Assembly (NCBI GenBank): GCA_963696395.1
Contig: CAVOJZ010000002.1
Coordinates: 656,344 to 720,343 of the forward strand
DNA length: 64,000 nucleotides
Direction of reading: 5' to 3'
Source of the DNA: an uncultured bacterium
GTDB taxonomy: Bacteria > Patescibacteriota > Minisyncoccia > UBA6257 > 2-01-FULL-56-20
Of the stretch, positions 29,182-37,700 are shown piece after piece. Under the pieces are notes generated by a model. It saw only the letters and a list, made by a program, of their open reading frames with translations. It searched no databases and was not told the origin of the DNA. The first letter of the stretch is position 1; each line of letters begins with the position of its first letter. The position numbers and the translations under genes were made by a program.

Positions 29182-29556
29182 ATGGACACGATCCACCTCG
29201 TCCATAATGGTTTCAAAGAGCCAACGAAGGAAGCCGCTGATTTGAAGGACGAGCTTAAGAAACGCGGTGTTAAGGTTTACGTGGAACTCAACGACGGATA
29301 TAAACATGTCGATCTGGCACTTCCCGATGCAAAGCTCAACGTTGAAGTGGATGGTGTTCACCACCTTACTAACCCGAAACAGATCGTAACAGACCTCAGT
29401 CGTGGATATTATTCGAACAAGTTAGGATATAGCACTATGCATATCCCAAACGAGATGATTCGTCTGCACCTAAAAGAAATAGCGGACGCGCTCGCCGAGG
29501 CATCGAAGATGCTCGAACAGAAGATACGAATTCACCTCACTGGGGACGATAAATAA
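29182..29556 (+). CDS. DUF559/Vsr-like endonuclease-fold protein (124 aa)
   Basis: VEVDGVHHL motif. The start abuts the res stop codon, so it is co-operonic with the R-M genes. Confidence 0.5.
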   Translation: MDTIHLVHNGFKEPTKEAADLKDELKKRGVKVYVELNDGYKHVDLALPDAKLNVEVDGVHHLTNPKQIVTDLSRGYYSNKLGYSTMHIPNEMIRLHLKEIADALAEASKMLEQKIRIHLTGDDK

Positions 29557-29567
29557 CAAAAGTTGCC

Positions 29568-29705
29568 ATGAACGCTTTCGTCAAATTAATAATAGGATTA
29601 GCGGCACTGATATTTATAACGTTTATGACGATGGCTTTCGGCATGGGCGGGTTCTTCTTTACACTCGGACTTTTTGCCGTAGTAGTGTGGGCTTTTGCGA
29701 AATAG
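29568..29705 (+). CDS. Small hydrophobic membrane protein (45 aa)
   Basis: MNAFVKLIIGLAALIFITFMTMAFGMGGFFFTLGLFAVVVWAFAK. It is not in the ORF track because it is under 60 aa. Confidence 0.3.
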   Translation: MNAFVKLIIGLAALIFITFMTMAFGMGGFFFTLGLFAVVVWAFAK

Positions 29706-29745
29706 CTGCGCATAATCAATCCATGGAGACAAGCAACCGAAAAAA

Positions 29746-29970
29746 ATGATCTCGCAAGAAGCATTGGAAGAATTTAAGGCAATCTATAAAAACCAGTTCG
29801 GCATCGAGCTATCGGACCAAGATGCCCTAGAAAAGGCCACGAAACTTCTCACGCTGATGAAGGCCGTTTATAAGCCCATAACAAAAGAGCAATACGATAC
29901 GGTCGAGAAGCGGCGCAAAGAGTTAGATAATGGGGCATGCGTGGGAAAGCCACGTATGAGGAGATGCTGA
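29746..29970 (+). CDS. Hypothetical small helical protein (74 aa)
   Basis: ORF only; co-oriented with its neighbours. Confidence 0.3.
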   Translation: MISQEALEEFKAIYKNQFGIELSDQDALEKATKLLTLMKAVYKPITKEQYDTVEKRRKELDNGACVGKPRMRRC

Positions 29971-29979
29971 TTTTAGGGC

Positions 29980-30195
29980 ATGAGCAGGAAAGCTGCTGAT
30001 GGAGGAGAATTGATTTTGTATAATGAAGGCATGAAAGAGAGAAGGGTTGTTGAGTTGCTCCATCATTTTTATTGCAAGAAGTGTAAGAAGTGGTGGTCGA
30101 TAGGTGATGCGCCGACAAACAGGCACGTCTGGTTTTGCCCATGGTGCGGAAGGGAAAATAATTACCGGCTCAAAAAAAGCAGGGCGAAGCGCTAA
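29980..30195 (+). CDS. Small zinc-ribbon protein, copy 1 (conserved 54-aa core MKERRVVELLHHFYCKKCKKWWSIGDAPTNRHVWFCPWCGRENNYRLKKSRAKR begins at ATG 30031)
   Basis: CxxC-x16-CxxC ribbon with a basic C-terminus. The core is about 90% nt-identical to 55905-56080. The conserved block starts at ttgtataatgaaggcATG, where TATAAT sits 6 nt before the ATG. Confidence 0.55.
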   Translation: MSRKAADGGELILYNEGMKERRVVELLHHFYCKKCKKWWSIGDAPTNRHVWFCPWCGRENNYRLKKSRAKR

Positions 30196-30320
30196 CCTCG
30201 CGCTTTCGACCTGGGATAGCAAAGATTTTAGCTCAACAAAGGTTGGGCTATTTTCTTAGTACCTTTATCCCCGCCTCTTCATTTTGCCCCCGGAACAAGG
30301 TAGAATAAAGGGTAAGACTC
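30177..30320 (+). repeat. Intergenic module copy: hairpin 1 (gaagcgc/gcgcttt), terminator hairpin (agctcaac/gttgggct + ATTTTCTT, 30230-30258), promoter-like segment with C5 tract, 5' leader
   Basis: Shared with 34540-34704, 51050-51131, 56081-56119 and, in part, 40160-40200, 44905-44965 and 57035-57113. Confidence 0.7.
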
Positions 30321-33300
30321 ATGGCAGGCAACCTTTATAAGAAATCCCTCTATATATTGATAGCTCTCGGGCTCATCTGTTTTGGGATGCAGGTGAAACT
30401 GGCGGAGGCGGTGATCTTTCAGGTTGAGGTTGCGAGCTCGACGGGAAACGCAGTCAATTCTAGTGCGACTACGAGTTTCGCTACCTCGACAACGGCAGGA
30501 GAGTTTATCGTTGTTCATGTGAGCCCGACGCTTGTGAATGGCAGTACCGGTACTAGTACGGTCACTGACAATAAAGGCGATGTTTATACCGAGCTGTGGG
30601 CCGTCCATCAGAATTTTAACTATAACAACGAGCTCTTCTACCTCGCCGATGCCCCGCAAGGAGTGACAACGATCAGTGTCACGTTCCCTACTGGAGTGAC
30701 CAGTGGGGGTGTCATTGCTGCCCATTACACGGGAGTGGTAACCGCGAATCCACTAGACGTCTATTCTGCACCCCCTACTGGCGGTGGTTATTCACTCACT
30801 CCGTGGTCGAGTGGTGCGGTTACAACGAGCTATGCAAACGAGCTTCTAATAGGAACCGACTTCGCCCTTGAGGACGCTGGCAGCTGTACCATCGCGCCAA
30901 GTGGCAGTTGGACGCAGGATGCGAGTATGGGCGACAGTAACGGATTCGACGGTCATAACGGCGATGCAATGTCTTACGCCCATCAAATAGTCTCTACCGT
31001 TCAGACAAACATTCAGAACACAGGGATCAATCCCATCGGAACCTGCTACAACTATCCCGGCATCGCAACGTTCAAAGGTTTAGCTGCCACTACATCCACT
31101 CCCTCCGTCGCCTGGGTTACTCCGACTCAGAACGCTACCGTCTCCTCTACGATTACGCTCACGGCATCATCCACCGACGAGATTGCCGTCGCAAACGTTG
31201 CTTTCTACGAATCTCCCTCCGGTGCGAACTTCGCAAGCAGCACGCTTATCGGATCGACCTCCACCGCCTCAGGGACCCTCTACTCCATACCTTGGAACAC
31301 AAAAAACGTATCAAACGGTTCAACCACCCTCTGGGCTTTAAGTACGGACACCTCAAATAACACATCCACCGCATCGACTACGGTGAATGTAGAAAATGTG
31401 CCCACCATCAATTCCTTCTCCGCTTCTGCCACCATCGTCCTCTCCGCAGGAACATCAACGTTGAGTTGGAACGTCACGAAAGCAAGTTCCGTCGCCATCA
31501 CCCCAGGAAGCTTCTCGACCAGCACCCTCATCGGAGCGACTACCGTGAATCCCACTTCAACAACGGTTTATACCCTCACCACAGCGAACAGCAATGGCAC
31601 GAGCACCGCATCAACTACGGTGACCGTCGACTCCGCCCCTCCCACGACCCCCACCGGCCTCACCGCAACATCAACGTCCTCCACGGCCGTCGAGCTCTCT
31701 TGGGCATCCTCAACCGACAGTGGCGGTCCTGGTCTCGCCGGATACAACATCTTCAGATGTATCGGATCATGTACCCCAGGTGCGCCCGCGATCGCTACTT
31801 CTTCCGGCGCTTCCTATGGCGACACCGGACTTAGCGCTTCCACCACCTACACCTATGCCGTCTCGGCCTATGACACACTGGGACTCACCTCCGCCACTTC
31901 GACTACGGCAAGCGCAACAACCCAAGTAGGCCGCACCTTTTATATCGCTGCGAATGGCAATGACTCCAGCAACGGCACCTCAACATCAACGCCCTGGGCA
32001 CATGCTCCTGGCATGCCCAACTGCACGTCGATCTGCGCTTCGACCACTCCTCAGCCAGGCGACCGATATATTTTCAGGGGCGGGGATACGTGGCATTTCG
32101 GAAATAGTAGTGCCACGCCTTATGTCGGCGGAACATGGAATTGGAGTTGGAGTGGGACGTCTACGAATTGTGATACTTCTGACGCACCGTCGCCCGTGAG
32201 AACCTCGTGCATTTATATTGGTGTCAACAAAACTTGGTATTCGGGAAGTTCGTGGGCGCGTCCCATTATGAATGGCGACAATCCAACAAGCACGACCGCA
32301 GTAGCGAGTTGCTTATACGGAAACGTAGGCCCTCAGAATCAGTTCTTGCTTGTAGACAATGAAGCATTTGCGTGGTTCGACAGTTTTGAGTGGACTGGTA
32401 TGTGTCACAGCACGCCTTCCTCTGCGGGTAATAACTACGGAAATAATTACGATCTCTACATCGCAGACCCCGGTGGGTCAAGTGAAATCACTCAAAATAT
32501 TTTCTCAAATAATTATTTCCATGGATGGACCCATGTCCCGTTGTCTTGTTCTGACGCGAGCGGAGAACCAGTTGGGCAATGTTTTTCTGACTCTGCGATC
32601 TCTGGTGGTCTTATGACCACGTTCGGGCCGGGAAATATATGCGACGGCTGGGATTCTGATCCGTCAGATGTGGGTTGTATATTGTTCGCTCCTGGTTATC
32701 TCGTATACGATAATGTGTTTGCAAATATGGCGCAGATTGTGGTAAACGCCTATCACGATTGGCACGACAATCTTTGGTTTAACTACTATCCAACCGACGA
32801 CGGGGTAGCTCATGGCAATTCGTTTGAGTCGAACGTCGATGCTCCGCAGCACGATGAAGATGGGTATTATCAGCCCAACGTACCCTTCAACGTTTTCTAC
32901 GATAATATTTTAGGGAACAATGCGAGCGGCACCGGAGGCGATGTGAAGCTTTGGTTTACGCCAAACAATACTGCCGCCGAATATTACTTCAATAATATTG
33001 TTTATGACCAGGGAAGTGGGAACAATTGGGACATTGATACTTCGCAAGGCGGCGCGGCGGGACAGTTTATGTTTAATAACACGCTTGATGTGCCCAATGC
33101 CGGATCGCTAAACTGCACATCGCATTTAACCGTAACCGGAAATCACGAGGTCGTTGATGGGGGGTCGGCCTTTGCGAACGGTTCTTGCTCAATTTCGAAC
33201 GAGATCCAAATGACCCATGCAACTGCAGTGGCGCAAGCTTATATGGCAACCGGAAGAGGCACGAGTGGATCGAACAACAACACAACCTGTGCAAATAGCT

Positions 33301-34508
33301 CGACTCCGTGTGCGCCAACCGCATCGAGCAATGCCACCGTTGGAGCCGGAGCTAATTTGCAGAATTATTGCACCACCCTTCTTGGATCGGGTGACGGTGA
33401 AATTGTCCGAGCAGGAAGTGCTTGCGAATCCGGGACAACTGATGCTTGTGCCTACAACGCAGTCAACCACACGGTCTCATGCCCGGCGTTTACGCCGATC
33501 GCCCGCCCAATCTCCACGGCCTGGGACGCCGGCGCCTATGAATATCAGAATACATCAGGCACTCCTCCCACCATCTCCTCTTTCTCCTCCTCTCCTCTCT
33601 ACACCCAGCCAAGCGCCACCTCAACCCTCTCCTGGAACATCACGAACGCAAGTTCTGCTCTGATTGTTAACCTAACCACAGGTATACCCCTTCCGACAGG
33701 AACCGTCCTTGTCTATCCCACGTCTACCACCACCTACATCCTCTCTGCCTCAAACCCCAATGGCACCTCCACCGCAGCAACAACCATTACCGTGCAAAGC
33801 ATCCCTCCCTCAGTACCCCAGAATCTCTCGGCAGATCCCGTATCCACCTCGGAAATTGATCTCTCCTGGACGGCAAGCACAAGCACGATCCCCATATCCG
33901 GCTATGGCATATTTGAAAACAGCGTGCAGATCGCAACGACCTCGGCTACCAGTTACCAGAACACCGGTCTCTCAGAAGACACCACCTACACCTATGCGGT
34001 AGATGCCTTTGATGCCGCAGGGAATGTATCAGGACAAAGCTCATCCACAAGCGCAACCACGGAAACCCAGCAATCTGGAGGGGGCGGAGGTGGCGGCGGT
34101 GGCGGGGGAGGTGGAGGTGGTGGTTGCTACTACAACTGCAGCTATGGAGGTTCTTCCTTCACAAGCACCGCCTCAGGCACGAATGGGACCGGAAGCTCTT
34201 CTCTCCTTGCAACACTTCTCGCGGAGCTTGAAACCTTGATCAAAGTATTGAATACCCAATTAGTCACGTCTTTCACACGAAACCTCACCCTGGGGAGCCG
34301 GGGAGCTGACGTAGAAAACCTCCAGATCTTCCTCAATGACAATGGCTACCCCATAGCACAGACGGGAGCAGGATCCCTCGGACATGAATCAATCTACTTT
34401 GGGACCAAGACGGCACAGGCTCTGGCCAAATGGCAGAAGGCCAACGGACTTCCGGCTACCGGTTACTTTGGGGGACTGACGAGGAGATTACTCAACAAGC
34501 TGTATTAG
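30321..34508 (+). CDS. Giant surface protein paralog (1395 aa): signal peptide, Ig-like and FN3 domains, beta-helix domain, Ig-like/FN3, poly-Gly, C-terminal PG-binding module
   Basis: Signal peptide LYKKSLYILIALGLICFGMQ. FN3-like PTTPTGLTATSTSSTAVELSWASSTDSGG. Beta-helix region FYIAANGNDSSNGTSTSTPWAHAPGMPNCTS shared with the 41049 gene. C-terminus LNDNGYPIAQTGAGSLGHESIYFGTKTAQALAKWQ. Confidence 0.8.
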   Translation: MAGNLYKKSLYILIALGLICFGMQVKLAEAVIFQVEVASSTGNAVNSSATTSFATSTTAGEFIVVHVSPTLVNGSTGTSTVTDNKGDVYTELWAVHQNFNYNNELFYLADAPQGVTTISVTFPTGVTSGGVIAAHYTGVVTANPLDVYSAPPTGGGYSLTPWSSGAVTTSYANELLIGTDFALEDAGSCTIAPSGSWTQDASMGDSNGFDGHNGDAMSYAHQIVSTVQTNIQNTGINPIGTCYNYPGIATFKGLAATTSTPSVAWVTPTQNATVSSTITLTASSTDEIAVANVAFYESPSGANFASSTLIGSTSTASGTLYSIPWNTKNVSNGSTTLWALSTDTSNNTSTASTTVNVENVPTINSFSASATIVLSAGTSTLSWNVTKASSVAITPGSFSTSTLIGATTVNPTSTTVYTLTTANSNGTSTASTTVTVDSAPPTTPTGLTATSTSSTAVELSWASSTDSGGPGLAGYNIFRCIGSCTPGAPAIATSSGASYGDTGLSASTTYTYAVSAYDTLGLTSATSTTASATTQVGRTFYIAANGNDSSNGTSTSTPWAHAPGMPNCTSICASTTPQPGDRYIFRGGDTWHFGNSSATPYVGGTWNWSWSGTSTNCDTSDAPSPVRTSCIYIGVNKTWYSGSSWARPIMNGDNPTSTTAVASCLYGNVGPQNQFLLVDNEAFAWFDSFEWTGMCHSTPSSAGNNYGNNYDLYIADPGGSSEITQNIFSNNYFHGWTHVPLSCSDASGEPVGQCFSDSAISGGLMTTFGPGNICDGWDSDPSDVGCILFAPGYLVYDNVFANMAQIVVNAYHDWHDNLWFNYYPTDDGVAHGNSFESNVDAPQHDEDGYYQPNVPFNVFYDNILGNNASGTGGDVKLWFTPNNTAAEYYFNNIVYDQGSGNNWDIDTSQGGAAGQFMFNNTLDVPNAGSLNCTSHLTVTGNHEVVDGGSAFANGSCSISNEIQMTHATAVAQAYMATGRGTSGSNNNTTCANSSTPCAPTASSNATVGAGANLQNYCTTLLGSGDGEIVRAGSACESGTTDACAYNAVNHTVSCPAFTPIARPISTAWDAGAYEYQNTSGTPPTISSFSSSPLYTQPSATSTLSWNITNASSALIVNLTTGIPLPTGTVLVYPTSTTTYILSASNPNGTSTAATTITVQSIPPSVPQNLSADPVSTSEIDLSWTASTSTIPISGYGIFENSVQIATTSATSYQNTGLSEDTTYTYAVDAFDAAGNVSGQSSSTSATTETQQSGGGGGGGGGGGGGGGGCYYNCSYGGSSFTSTASGTNGTGSSSLLATLLAELETLIKVLNTQLVTSFTRNLTLGSRGADVENLQIFLNDNGYPIAQTGAGSLGHESIYFGTKTAQALAKWQKANGLPATGYFGGLTRRLLNKLY

Positions 34509-34539
34509 AAGAGAGGACAAAAAGAAATTTCCTAAAGTC

Positions 34540-34704
34540 CATCATGCACCGGAGCATTGCAGTGGGCGAAGCGCTAACCTGACGCTTCGGACCTGGTATA
34601 ACAAAGATTTTAGCTCGACAAAGGTTGAGCTATTTTCTTATATACTTATCCCCACCTCCTCATTTTGCCCCCCCCAGAACACGGTAAACTGATAAGTAAG
34701 CTCT
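34540..34704 (+). repeat. Intergenic module copy: hairpin 1 (cgaagcg/cgcttcg), terminator hairpin 34611-34639, promoter-like segment with poly-C8 (~34667-34674), leader
   Basis: See 30177-30320. There is no intact zinc-ribbon gene upstream; only its 3' tail (gggcgaagcgctaa) remains. Confidence 0.7.
34667..34674 (+). promoter_or_regulatory. Poly-C8 homopolymer in the putative -35/-10 spacer (TTTTGC-C8-AGAACACGG-TAAACT) upstream of the 34705 gene
   Basis: Homopolymeric tract between -35-like and -10-like hexamers about 30 nt upstream of the ATG. Coordinates +/-1. Confidence 0.4.
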
Positions 34705-37700
34705 ATGATAGGCACCCTTCATAAGAAATCCCTCTATATATTGATAGCCCTTGGGCTGTTCTGTTTTTTTGGCTTTATTCCTCAGGTTCATGCTGCTCCA
34801 GCCGTTGTGCAAAGCTGCAATGATATGGAATATACCGCCAAGGCGACGTGCACATTGCCGGGCAACATGGGGCCAAACCATACGATTATTGCTACGGCAT
34901 ATTCATCAGCCGCTAGTGATACGTTTTCAATCACAGGATGCGGGGGTAGTTGGAACAACCTTTATGCCTATAACGCGGCAAACTTTTCATGGAATGTCTG
35001 GACGACGACATCAACGAATGGCCTATCGTGCACCGCTTCGACAACGCTTAACCCCAATAACAACTATAACTTTCTTGATCTCATGGAAGTTTCGGGTGTC
35101 GGAGCGTCCGACGTAGCTCCCGCGGTCAATAATCCTTCCTATTGTTCAAGCTGTTCCAGTGCGCCGATAACAACCGCGACCAATGGCGACCTTGTCCTTC
35201 TTTTGAATTTCGACCCGAGTACTTATGAAGCCTATAGCAACTTCACTAACAGTTTTTCGATTTTTGCGCAGGGAACTTCAACGGTGCACGGTCAAGGTAC
35301 CGGATCCTATGCCATATCAAATCTTTTGCAATCTCTCGCGGGAAATATTTCAAGTACATGGACTGCTTCAGTGGCGTCGTCATATGAGGACAGCCTCATC
35401 ATGGCGTTCAAGCCGGGTCAGTCTTTTCCTGCAATCTCTTCCTTCTCCGCTTCCCCCTCGGAAGTCCTTCCCGGAGGAACATCGACACTAAGCTGGAATG
35501 TTTCCAACGCCTCTTCGGTCGCTATCACCCCAGGTTCTTTCAGTACGAGCACGCTCATCGCATCTACGACGGTAAATCCCACCTCGACGACGATGTATAC
35601 TCTGATCGCCACGAACAGCAACGGGACGAGTACAGCGACGACGACGGTGAGTATCGATTCATCGACTCCAACCACGCCGACCAATCTTGTCGCAACCTCT
35701 CTCTCTGCCTCGCAAATATCCCTCGCCTGGACTTCGTCCACGGATAGCGGGGGGTCGGGCATCGCCGACTACAACATCTTTAGGTGTCTGGGATCCTGTA
35801 CTCCCACCACGACAGTCGCCACTTCATCAGGTGCTTCCTATATCGACAGCAACCTCACTGCCTCAACGACCTACACCTATGCTGTCCAGGCCGTGAACGG
35901 CGTAGGAACCCTAAGCGCTACAAGTACAAGCGTGAGTACGATGACGCAGGCGAGTGGCGGCACCGACCCATGGGCTGGCATCATTGCGCCCTCCCGGGCC
36001 ATGAATTGGAAGGAAGAGGCTGGCCTTACCCAAACATTTCCTGATGGCGAAACAACGCTGAATGCGTGGACTCCGCCAACCCGAGCAACCGTTTGCGCCA
36101 CCGTAGCGCCAGAAGGGACGGCAGCATCGCCAGTCGCCTTTGCCAGTTCGAACCTCGAGATAGCCGAGGCGTCCTGCCCCGCAGGCGAAGTGGTGCAGCT
36201 TGAAACTGGGAGCTACTACTACAGTACCAATCCCCAGATCGCTTCGATTTCCTACCCAAACACCATCAATAACATAACGGTGCGCGGCGCGGGCGCAGAT
36301 CAGACTAAAATCTATGCGCCGGGCTTTGGTCTCACAGGTAGTGATGTGTACGCTTCTGAGGCGTACAGCAATGCATGGTCGGGACCGTATGCTCAGGGCT
36401 CGCTCACCACCACCTTTTCCGGTCTCTCAGTAGGTGACTTGCTTAACTTATCCCAATGTGCCACCGGGTTTAGTGGGTCAAACCCGTGTACGAATCCAAC
36501 GAACTCAGAGATCGATAATGGTGGAGAGTTTGTTACCAGTCTGGATAATCCTTGGTATCACATAAATGGAACCAACGTTCAGGGAGGGCAGCTCGAGTTC
36601 CAGGTCGTACGGGTCAACTCAATAGTAGGCTCAACGGTGACGTTTTCTGACCCGGTGCAACCCGACAATTTTTCCAGCGCAGAAACACCGTCTTTTGAGC
36701 GCATATATTCTGGGACTAATGGGGTTCCGAATGGTATTGGTCTTGAGGATTTATCTCTTGATGCGACCTTCGATTCTGGAACCGGAGGACTCGGTATAAC
36801 ATTCTGCTACGACTGCTGGGTTAAAGGCGTAAGACTCATCACCACAACTCAAAACTACAACGGCGACGTAGGTGTGGACGGCTCAGATCATGTATTGATA
36901 GCGAATAACTATTTCTCCTTCGGGAACTCCGGCAATTATGGGATCTCGATTGGGAGTTCAGATGGCGTAAGTAACGCTCTCGTGCTAAATAATATCGTTA
37001 CTGGTTCCGGTTTTATCAGCGGTGACGGAGCAACGGGGGTGGTAATTGCTGATAATTATGTGGCACCGTCCGAGCTTGACGAGATTGATTCGCATAGCCC
37101 CTGGAGGGATTATACGCTGGTCGAAGGCAATGTCGCTTGTTCATACGAAGACGATCCCGACCATGGTGGTGCGGCCGATTTCACGACGTTGTTCAGAAAT
37201 CGTCTTGGCACGAATCAGACCTGCCTATCTGCAGCGTCAACAATCAGCGAGGGGGCTGGGAGTCGGTACACTAATATTGTTGACAACGTTTTGGGATTGC
37301 CGGGTTTTACCACAGCCTATCAAGACTTTGATTATTCGGCGAGTAGTCCGGCTGTATATCAATTTGGTGCCAATGCAGTAACTGGTAGCGCAGGTATTCC
37401 CTGGGACCCTCTGAGTTTAAATACATCATTCCGGTGGGGTAATTGGGATGACGTAAACGGCGGCGTACAGGAGAATGACTCTGAAGTACCTAGCTCACTG
37501 GATGCAGCAGTAGGCTATCAGCAGGCACTCAGTGGTAGCAGCACAACGTGGTCGGGAACCCTCGCTCATCTTCCGGGGATTTCGCCGGATAGCGCCGTGT
37601 ATGTTCCGGCAACAGTCACGAGTTCCCCCCAGCTTTTCGCATTTGATAACGGCTCGGGTACATTGACATACAACGGTACGGGAACCATCAATTATTCCAC

